Shown here piece after piece: positions 8,783 to 16,085 of a stretch of 18,914 bases of DNA. Numbering within the stretch: the stretch's first letter is position 1; each line of letters starts with the position of its first letter. Below the pieces are notes generated by a model. The model did no database searches, was not told where the DNA came from, and was given only the letters and a program-made list of their open reading frames with translations. The stretch is taken from the NCBI GenBank assembly GCA_004524445.1, contig SDNP01000043.1, positions 1 through 18,914 on the forward strand, read 5' to 3'. Origin of the DNA: Candidatus Thorarchaeota archaeon (lineage in GTDB: Archaea; Asgardarchaeota; Thorarchaeia; Thorarchaeales; Thorarchaeaceae). Both the position numbers and the translations under genes were made by a program.

Positions 8783-10501
8783 TCACACCATGAAGTTAAC
8801 GAAGAGCGTTGCTCCATTCTTCATGTCAGCCATATAGGCTCGTTTATACGGCCCAAATAGATCACTAAGCCCTGCATTTAGCGCCCATTCAATCCATGAC
8901 CATGAGGACTCCTGTGTGTTCTTTCCCTTTGCATATCTACCATATGCCCAAGACAGATATGTTTCAATCTTGAATTTCAATTCTAGTTTTTCTTCCTCCA
9001 CATGCTCCTCAGTTTCCTCGATTTCATTCTCAAGATTGTGTAATGAATCTAAGAGATCGTCATGAGTCCTCCAGATGATTCCTGCAAGATTTTGGATTGC
9101 CTCATTCATCTCATCATAGTTCTCTTTGTTTCTGCTCCGTGTGATCTTTCCCATTGCCCGAAACATCTCCCCTCTGTGGAGTACAGGAATATTATCTCTC
9201 TTAAGCTGGTTGGCCATGTCTTCACCCCACGGTGTGTTGAAGAAAACTCGAGGATATTTCACAAACATGGGGAATGGTATTTCTAATTTTCTTGCAATCG
9301 GTATGACTTGGGAATAATATGCAGTTTCTCCGGGCCCCCCTGCATGGGCGATGACAGGAATCGAGGAATCGATTGCGAATTGCCGAGAATCAACTCTGGG
9401 TGATAGAAAGGTAGCATGGTCCGATAGGTCTGGAGACTGAGCATCGACTTCTAATCGGATCTCTTCGCCGCAAAGGGGACATTCTCCCCTGAGTATTGCA
9501 TTGGAGCCATCCAGTTCATAGAATAGTTCTGTTCTTGCTCGATTACATGATTTCGCTTGGCATTCATAGAAGAATGGCACATAAGAGGTATCTCTTCCTC
9601 CCGCTCCTGGTTCAAAGCCGTTATTCCGAATCTTTTTTGTCGCTTCATCATGGATTCGAACAAAATCCTCTCGTATCTCTCTGGATAGAAGGAATTCCAT
9701 ACCAAGTGCCCATAGCTCACGTATCTCATCATCAGAAGCTGGAACTAGAGGTAATCCTAGATTACCTACAATGTTCACAATCCTTGCGATAATTCTCTGT
9801 GCCCATTCTCCTAGGGTATCCGAGTTAAGAAATGCTTGTCTGGTCACGGAGAGGGCATATTCAAGCCTTTCATCAAAGAGCGTTCGTGTATTTCCCTCAA
9901 GTACTTTGAATAAGGGACTATACCCCGCTCTAATACTCTGCTCTATTTCCTCATACCAATGATACTCAGGTAAAGGCACAACACTTACAGGTGAGAATTC
10001 GTATTCCTGCGGGATTGGAATACTCACTATATTTCCACTTGGTCCCATCAGGGGCGTTCTTGTATGGGTCAGTTCACTCTGAACTATGTCATAATCAGCA
10101 ATACAATAGAAGGGAACGAGAGATGATTCTTCAGTCGAATTCAGACGCGCCAATCTTTCTGCTGTGACCGCCTTATTCAGAATATAGCAGGGGCCACCCA
10201 GAACAATGCTTTGATGAGCGGCCTCAACAGCACCCTGATTTAGTTTTTCAATAGTTCTCTTAACTTTCGGACTCAGACATCCTAGCTTGCGGTTGATTCT
10301 TGTCAAGGCTGCCTGCAATCTAACGATTCTATCATCAGTATGCCACTCCTGCTTAGCATACTTTCTTCGCAACTTAACTGCACGGTTCCTCAAGTCATTC
10401 ATCATAATAGGTGGATCATTGTAGAGTTCAGATGCCAACCCCTCGTGTTTGGATTCCCAAATATAGTCTAAGTATGCTTGGGTGATTATCCTCTTGGTCA
10501 C
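8783..10501 (-). CDS. bshC: Bacillithiol biosynthesis cysteine-adding enzyme BshC homologue
   Basis: AVEAAHQSIVLGGPCYILNKAVTA (compare BshC tGqQaglfgGPlYtiyK), VPFYCIADYD, FLSPRVDSR and HAGGPGETAYYSQ (compare GGPgEiaYwaQ). Size 572 aa; directly downstream of bshA. Confidence 0.85.
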   Translation of the reverse strand: MTKRIITQAYLDYIWESKHEGLASELYNDPPIMMNDLRNRAVKLRRKYAKQEWHTDDRIVRLQAALTRINRKLGCLSPKVKRTIEKLNQGAVEAAHQSIVLGGPCYILNKAVTAERLARLNSTEESSLVPFYCIADYDIVQSELTHTRTPLMGPSGNIVSIPIPQEYEFSPVSVVPLPEYHWYEEIEQSIRAGYSPLFKVLEGNTRTLFDERLEYALSVTRQAFLNSDTLGEWAQRIIARIVNIVGNLGLPLVPASDDEIRELWALGMEFLLSREIREDFVRIHDEATKKIRNNGFEPGAGGRDTSYVPFFYECQAKSCNRARTELFYELDGSNAILRGECPLCGEEIRLEVDAQSPDLSDHATFLSPRVDSRQFAIDSSIPVIAHAGGPGETAYYSQVIPIARKLEIPFPMFVKYPRVFFNTPWGEDMANQLKRDNIPVLHRGEMFRAMGKITRSRNKENYDEMNEAIQNLAGIIWRTHDDLLDSLHNLENEIEETEEHVEEEKLELKFKIETYLSWAYGRYAKGKNTQESSWSWIEWALNAGLSDLFGPYKRAYMADMKNGATLFVNFMV

Positions 10502-10512
10502 TCAATTCTCTC

Positions 10513-11685
10513 CTATGTTTGAACCGCTTCTTCGAAGACTTGTTCATATTTCGGCACAATTATGTCCGCTGAAAAATTTTCCTTGACCCTCTTTCTTCCA
10601 GCTCGTCCGAGTTTCTTTAATCTTGCATCATCATCAAGAAGGGTAACAATGGCATGAGCAAATTCGTCTTTTTCATAACCTTCGGTGACCCAACCGTCTT
10701 TTCCAGGTCTGACCAATTCCGGTATTCCGCCAGCCGGAGTAGTGATGACTGGCAATCGTGACGCCATTGCCTCCAAGATTACTAGAGGCATCCCTTCCTG
10801 CAAAGAATTCATCAAGAGCATATCCGAGGAGCACATAATCTCATGCACATTACTTCTGATTCCTAGTAGGTGTACCTTCTGGCAAAGATCCAGTTCCTCT
10901 ATTTTACGTTCGACTTCCACTCTCTTCGGTCCATCTCCTACCAGAACAAGCCGGGTGTCTGGGTTTTCATCCACCACCATCTTCATTATTTCTACTAACT
11001 CAACAACACGCTTAACTGCGCGGAAGTTTGAAACATGAAGTAATATCCTCTGATCGGGATTGATTGCCTCTGCATCCTCCTCTTTTCTCACAGATACACA
11101 ACCACTTTCAACCACAAGCCGTGTGCCCTCTTCCCGTTTGTACTTCTCTATATCTATGAAGTTTGGAATGACATGAATTTCTCTCTCAATACCTAATTCT
11201 GTGTACGCGCTCTCTCGAAGATATTCAGCTACAGTGGTGACGGCATTTGCTTGTTGAACGGTATGTTTTACTACTGGCTGGTATGCCGGGTCTAGACCCA
11301 GAGAATGTACATCTGAACCATGCATAGTTATGACATAAGGTATCCCAACAATTTCTCTTGCCATGTATGCAGACAACGCGTGAGGAATGGCGTAGTGCGA
11401 GTGAATCAAATCCAACTTAGAGTTATGAGTGACTTGAACCATCTTTGACGCAAGTGCCATCGAATAAGGGGGACAGATATCCTTGAATAATGGATAGTCT
11501 ATGGTATCGACAAGATCTACATATGCTCCTCGGGTGTCCTCCCACATCAAAGAGAAAGGTCTTTGATATGTTACAAAGTGGATTATGTGACCTCTCTCAA
11601 CAAGATGTCGTCCCAATCGAGTGGCAAGATATCCTGAACCACCAACTGAAGGATATAGATTGACTCCTATTTTCACCCTTGTCAA
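10513..11685 (-). CDS. bshA: N-acetyl-alpha-D-glucosaminyl L-malate synthase BshA (GT4 glycosyltransferase)
   Basis: KIGVNLYPSVGGSGYLATRLG, YPLF..PPYSMALASKM, HSHYAIPHA, TMHGSDV and HVSNFRAVKRV are BshA-specific blocks. GT4 motif EGMPLVILEAM is present. Confidence 0.93.
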   Translation of the reverse strand: MTRVKIGVNLYPSVGGSGYLATRLGRHLVERGHIIHFVTYQRPFSLMWEDTRGAYVDLVDTIDYPLFKDICPPYSMALASKMVQVTHNSKLDLIHSHYAIPHALSAYMAREIVGIPYVITMHGSDVHSLGLDPAYQPVVKHTVQQANAVTTVAEYLRESAYTELGIEREIHVIPNFIDIEKYKREEGTRLVVESGCVSVRKEEDAEAINPDQRILLHVSNFRAVKRVVELVEIMKMVVDENPDTRLVLVGDGPKRVEVERKIEELDLCQKVHLLGIRSNVHEIMCSSDMLLMNSLQEGMPLVILEAMASRLPVITTPAGGIPELVRPGKDGWVTEGYEKDEFAHAIVTLLDDDARLKKLGRAGRKRVKENFSADIIVPKYEQVFEEAVQT

Positions 11686-11792
11686 CTCTGGTATCGTATC
11701 AAGACTACCTGCCTTTAAGGTGCTTGGTGCGGGAAGACGGACCTTCTAAGCATTAGTAAAACTTGAATAGTGACCAGCTCCGATTAATCAGT

Positions 11793-12455
11793 ATGGCGGA
11801 TTTGGGTTCTATTCTTGTGATTGCTGCGCATCCCGATGACGAGTGCCTGGGCGCTGGAGGTACAGTTAGAAATCATACTAGGGCTGGTGTTCCAGTAGAT
11901 CTCCTTTGCTTAACCGGAAACGACATCCGAAATGAGGAGCTGGCTAGCGCTAGTGATATATTGGGTGTCAGAAATTTATACCCCTCCAACCGCGATGACT
12001 TTGATATCGATAGGAGTCTTTCCGACTCAGTAGTTGAGGTTATCCTTGAGTCCCGTCCCACTGCTATAATCACACACTCTGACGAGGATTACAATCGTAA
12101 CCATAGAATATGTGCAGAGATTGTTAACGACTCCATTGAATGGGCATCGCACAAGACAATGTATGAAGAACCTCATAGAGTGGAACAAGTACTGCAGATG
12201 GAAATCAATACCCTCCATTCGCATCCTCACTTTATAGTTGACATCACAGCATCTTACGATGAGTCTTTACTGGCACTCAAGAAATATGAATCTCAACTAT
12301 CAAAAGCTGATGAGTTCTATTTGGATTTCTATGATGCACGAACACGACTGAGGGGTGTTCAAGGCGCTTGTTCACGCGCAGAGGCATTCACTGTTTCGAC
12401 TCCTCGCCATGCAGGTCCCTTTTACCAAAAGAATAGCCGCGAACTATTGATTTAG
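11793..12455 (+). CDS. bshB: PIG-L/LmbE-family deacetylase, probable BshB (GlcNAc-malate deacetylase)
   Basis: ILVIAAHPDDECLGAGGT, RNEELASASDILGV, VDIT..YESQ and RG..AEAF. Divergent from bshA. The second motif reads DYNRNH instead of DxHPDH. The ORF is open from 11763. Confidence 0.8.
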   Translation: MADLGSILVIAAHPDDECLGAGGTVRNHTRAGVPVDLLCLTGNDIRNEELASASDILGVRNLYPSNRDDFDIDRSLSDSVVEVILESRPTAIITHSDEDYNRNHRICAEIVNDSIEWASHKTMYEEPHRVEQVLQMEINTLHSHPHFIVDITASYDESLLALKKYESQLSKADEFYLDFYDARTRLRGVQGACSRAEAFTVSTPRHAGPFYQKNSRELLI

Positions 12456-12883
12456 GCTTGCTTGTCTCCGCCCTCTACCTTCTTCCTTCTAGCTGCTAAC
12501 AAGGCTTTGAGTTCGCCCATCATCGTCATTCCGCCGCCTCCGCCACTAGGTGGCCCTCCGCCTCCTGCACTGGCTGGTGCCGGACCTGGCGCAGCACCAA
12601 CGCTTGGTGATGTTGGTGGACTGGGTGTGGATGACCCTACTTCTGCTGCAGATTCTGCAGCAACACTACTTGCTCTTGAGCTCAGAGAAGATATTCGGGA
12701 ATCCATGCTACTGACATTCTCTTCTAACGAGCTAATTCGGTTCTCAAGCTGACCTATAGCATCAACAATTTTTCCCGTTATGATGCTGACTACTTCACCA
12801 AGTTGACGTAGCTTTTCTTCCGTTGGGTCCTTTAAGGCCCATTCAAATTCTTCCATGATGAAATCGTCATCGTCTTCAGCCAT
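12452..12883 (-). CDS. Coiled-coil / proline-glycine-rich protein with C-terminal WH2/C/FAB-like helix; putative actin regulator
   Basis: Order of parts: MAEDDDDFIMEEFEW, heptad coil, STPSPPTSP..APGPAP..GGGGPPSGGGGG, MMGELKALLAARRKKV. ATG 12883 has a GGAG RBS and a TTTATA box near 12926-12931. CDS status is well supported; the function is inferred. Confidence 0.7.
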   Translation of the reverse strand: MAEDDDDFIMEEFEWALKDPTEEKLRQLGEVVSIITGKIVDAIGQLENRISSLEENVSSMDSRISSLSSRASSVAAESAAEVGSSTPSPPTSPSVGAAPGPAPASAGGGGPPSGGGGGMTMMGELKALLAARRKKVEGGDKQA

Positions 12884-12966
12884 TGGACTTGGCTCCGTTC
12901 TTTTTACAGTTTGATTTGTTTGCGCTATAAAGCTTGTTTGCACAAGACCAATCTATTCTCCGCTTA

Positions 12967-14346
12967 TTATTTCTGGGAAGCGATTGTCTTCCTCACGACT
13001 TGCTCACACGAGTCCAATATTTCATGAACCCGATCATCAGTGGTTGCTTCGCACGTTATTCGTATGACCGGTTCAGTTCCGGATGGTCTTACAAGAACCC
13101 ACCCATCATCTAGAACCAATCCGATGCCATCTACTGTAATAACATCTTGAATTCCATCTATCTCTTTTGGTAATATCCCCGAGAGCTCCTGCATGACCAC
13201 TTTCTTCTTATCATTTGCGACTTGAAGCTTTGTTTTCAATAGTGGGTATATCGGAATCTCAGAAACCAGCACTCCAAAACTCTTTCCTGTGTGCGCCATC
13301 ATCTCAAGTATCTTGCATGCAGCCAAGAAAGGTTCTGGCGCCATATGAAATGAAGGGAATATGAATACTCCACACGCTTCTCCACCCATGATACCGCCCA
13401 GCTCCTTTAACTTCACAGCAACTTGGATATCGCCAACAGGGGTTCGAACGATATCTCCCCCAGTCTTCTGAACTATTTCATCGAGAACCTTTGAACTATC
13501 AACGGTGGTAACAACTGTGCTTCCTTTCTCTTTCTTCAGAAGTGTCTTTGCCAGTAGGGCGATAGTTCTGTCCCCTCTGACAACCTCTCCCGTTTCCGTG
13601 ACAAACACACCTCTATCTGAATCTCCATCATGAGCTATCCCCAGATCTGCTCCCTGTTTCCTCACCATATGAATAAGGGCCTGAAGTGTTTCTTCTTCGG
13701 GTTCAGACTCTCTTCCAGGAAAATGCCCATCTGGCTGTCCGTTTATTGTTACAACCTTGCACCCTAGCTCCCTCACTAGATAGGGCGTTAACACGCATGC
13801 TGCTCCATTTCCTGGATCAACAATCACCTTGAACTCCTTCCGGTTTATTGCTTCACTATCACAGTGATCTATGATGTCAACGATGTGTTTCTCCACTGCA
13901 TCACCCAATACAGCTTCTTGACCTAATTCGTTCCAAGGTGCTACTTTAAATCCTCCAGATGTGTAGAGTGTTTCGAGTTCTTTCTCCATCTCTGATGTAT
14001 ATCCCATGCTGTCTCTATGCCAGAATTTGATGCCTGTGTACTCTGGGGGATTATGCGAAGCCGTCACCATAACGCCCGCATCAAATCCCATTTTCTTGGT
14101 CAGATATGCTAATGTCGGTGTTGGAACTATGCCCAATCGGGTAACATCAACGCCTGTGGACAGAACCCCTGCTACGAATGCATCGACGACCATTTTCCCA
14201 GTAGTTCGAGTATCCCTTGCAATGAGGATTTTTCCTGTTTGAAGATATGTGCCTAATGCCTTCCCCAATTTCATTGCCATATCTAAGGTGAATTCGGAAC
14301 CATACACTTTCCGTACACCCGTTGTTCCAAACAAATCGTTAGCCAT
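12967..14346 (-). CDS. glmM: Phosphohexomutase (phosphoglucosamine mutase or PMM/PGM)
   Basis: LFGTTGVR, phosphoserine loop TASHNP, metal loop DGDSDR, sugar loop GGEACG and VRPSGTEP. Substrate specificity cannot be resolved by eye. Confidence 0.85.
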   Translation of the reverse strand: MANDLFGTTGVRKVYGSEFTLDMAMKLGKALGTYLQTGKILIARDTRTTGKMVVDAFVAGVLSTGVDVTRLGIVPTPTLAYLTKKMGFDAGVMVTASHNPPEYTGIKFWHRDSMGYTSEMEKELETLYTSGGFKVAPWNELGQEAVLGDAVEKHIVDIIDHCDSEAINRKEFKVIVDPGNGAACVLTPYLVRELGCKVVTINGQPDGHFPGRESEPEEETLQALIHMVRKQGADLGIAHDGDSDRGVFVTETGEVVRGDRTIALLAKTLLKKEKGSTVVTTVDSSKVLDEIVQKTGGDIVRTPVGDIQVAVKLKELGGIMGGEACGVFIFPSFHMAPEPFLAACKILEMMAHTGKSFGVLVSEIPIYPLLKTKLQVANDKKKVVMQELSGILPKEIDGIQDVITVDGIGLVLDDGWVLVRPSGTEPVIRITCEATTDDRVHEILDSCEQVVRKTIASQK

Positions 14347-14468
14347 TCTTTTCACATGTCTTTTATCTCAACTTTGAAACAAAAAGGTAACTGAGCGCAG
14401 GGCGAAGTATCCAGAATACGAATATATGCGATATCTAACTTCTACAGGAAAAAAGCAGAGGTCATTGG

Positions 14469-15311
14469 ATGCCACACTTCGAATTCGAGGAATGCAAGCT
14501 TCATTATGTTGACTTTGATGATCGCCTAGAAGATAATGATGCTCCTGTCCTGCTCTTCATCCACGGAGCGGGGTCATCTCATCTGATTTGGACTTTACAG
14601 TTACTGAAACTTAAGGAAGCACACAGAGTCGTTGCCTTGGACCTCTCTGGTCATGGGCTAAGTGACAGAGCTGAAAAAACATCCTCCATTGAACACGGGT
14701 ACACTGACCAAGTTCATGCCCTCATAACATATCTAGATATAGATAATTTCATCCTTGTTGGCCACTCAATGGGCGGAGGTATAGTGATGTCTTACTGCCT
14801 ACGTGATGATGTGTCTCCTCCTTGTGCCATTGTGTTAGTGGGCACGTCTTCAGACCTGAGTCTTCGAAAACTGGCTAAGGGGCTCATCATCGAAGCCTTT
14901 GAAGACCACAAACCTCCTTATGGAATTGAGACCCTCGATGAAGACTTCAAGACCTTCTCTCTTGCCAAGTTTCAAGACGCTGTGACAAAATTCGACGCCA
15001 AGAGCATTTTCCGGGACTTGGACATCTGTGATGACTTCAATATTTCTGACAGAGTTGACGAGATCAAGGTACCTGCCCTAGTCGTTGTTGGAGATGATGA
15101 TGATATCGTTCCGCCTGGTGTTGCATGGGAGCTCGAAAAGGCGCTTCCTCGAGCAGACATTGCAGTCATCAAAGATGCTGACCATTCCCCTATGGTTCAG
15201 CAGCCCGAGGTCTTCAATCGGTTACTCAGTAAGTTTGTGAAGTGGGCTCAGGGCGATCTCGACCGTCGTCGACTGAAGGGCACAAGTGTGATTGTGGACA
15301 AAAAGGAGTAG
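14469..15311 (+). CDS. Alpha/beta-fold hydrolase
   Basis: LLFIHGAG, ALDLSGHGLS, nucleophile elbow GHSMGG, acid in GDDDDIVP and His in ADHSPM. Confidence 0.92.
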   Translation: MPHFEFEECKLHYVDFDDRLEDNDAPVLLFIHGAGSSHLIWTLQLLKLKEAHRVVALDLSGHGLSDRAEKTSSIEHGYTDQVHALITYLDIDNFILVGHSMGGGIVMSYCLRDDVSPPCAIVLVGTSSDLSLRKLAKGLIIEAFEDHKPPYGIETLDEDFKTFSLAKFQDAVTKFDAKSIFRDLDICDDFNISDRVDEIKVPALVVVGDDDDIVPPGVAWELEKALPRADIAVIKDADHSPMVQQPEVFNRLLSKFVKWAQGDLDRRRLKGTSVIVDKKE

Positions 15312-15354
15312 TAGAAAACCGGAACACTCTTCCAAAATCCTAGGGCCAACGAAA

Positions 15355-15387
15355 CCTTATTAGATGCCTGCGCATCTAACGCGTTAG
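15355..15387 (+). promoter_or_regulatory. Putative TATA box plus two overlapping inverted repeats upstream of the Rab-like gene
   Basis: CCTTATTA at 15355-15362, TTAGATGC-N4-GCATCTAA at 15360-15379 and the perfect palindrome CTAACGCGTTAG at 15376-15387. Confidence 0.5.
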
Positions 15388-15434
15388 GTTAAGCCCAATC
15401 TTTTCACCCAAAACGAGACTCGGAATTGAATCAG

Positions 15435-15983
15435 ATGAGCAGTACGTACGATTACCTATTTAAAGTGGTCATTCTCGGCGAAGGCGCGGTAGGAAAAACC
15501 GCAATCGTCACACGCTTCTCTCATGGCTTCTTCCGCACCGATTACAAGACCACGATTGGCTCTCAGTTTGCTGTCAAGAACATCGATGTACATGAGGGTA
15601 GCGAGAACCTAACTGTGAAGCTGCAAATATGGGACGTAGCTGGGCAAAGCAGATTTCAGATATTGAGGCCTATGTACTATCGTGGGTCAAGCGGTGGTGT
15701 ACTGGTTTTTGATGTGACTCGACGCCGAACATTTCTTCTTCTGGATGAATGGCTCAATGAGCTGGAAAGAGCGGTTGGGAAGAAGATTCCCTTAGTGCTG
15801 GTTGCAAACAAGACAGACTTGCCCGACCGTGTAGTTGAGCCAAGAGAGGGCAAGGAATTTGCAGACGCACGCGACATGCCTTACGTGGAGTCATCAGCAA
15901 AGACGGGCGAAGGGATCGTTGACATCTTCGAAAATTTAGGAAAAACCCTCGTTAGTACAAGACGCTCAAGCGACCGATTTTAG
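15435..15983 (+). CDS. Rab-like small GTPase (Ras superfamily, eukaryotic signature protein)
   Basis: G1 GEGAVGKT, G2 YKTTIG, G3 WDVAGQ, G4 NKTD and G5 SSAK. RabF-like blocks IGSQF, KLQIW, RFQILR, YYRGS and LVFDVT, with N-terminal YDYLFKVV. No C-terminal Cys. Confidence 0.95.
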   Translation: MSSTYDYLFKVVILGEGAVGKTAIVTRFSHGFFRTDYKTTIGSQFAVKNIDVHEGSENLTVKLQIWDVAGQSRFQILRPMYYRGSSGGVLVFDVTRRRTFLLLDEWLNELERAVGKKIPLVLVANKTDLPDRVVEPREGKEFADARDMPYVESSAKTGEGIVDIFENLGKTLVSTRRSSDRF

Positions 15984-16085
15984 TACGACCTCCTATCCTT
16001 TTTGTTCATGGAGGACAAGACTTAGATTGGTGCGACCACTGCAATTTATGACATTGTCCATCAATAAACAGCCAGCTGAGTAGAC

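Noticed and set aside
10513-12455. Mycothiol (MshA/MshB) or GPI-anchor (PIG-A/PIG-L) interpretation of the GT4 plus deacetylase pair
   Set aside because: The GT4 has BshA-specific blocks (YPSVGGSG, HYAIPHA, SNFRxVKR) and is adjacent to a BshC homologue.
12462-12752. + strand 96-aa ORF with polyproline runs (PPPPPLGGPPPP)
   Set aside because: It is the antisense shadow of the Gly-rich codons in the - strand gene, which has the RBS, TATA box and coherent domain order.
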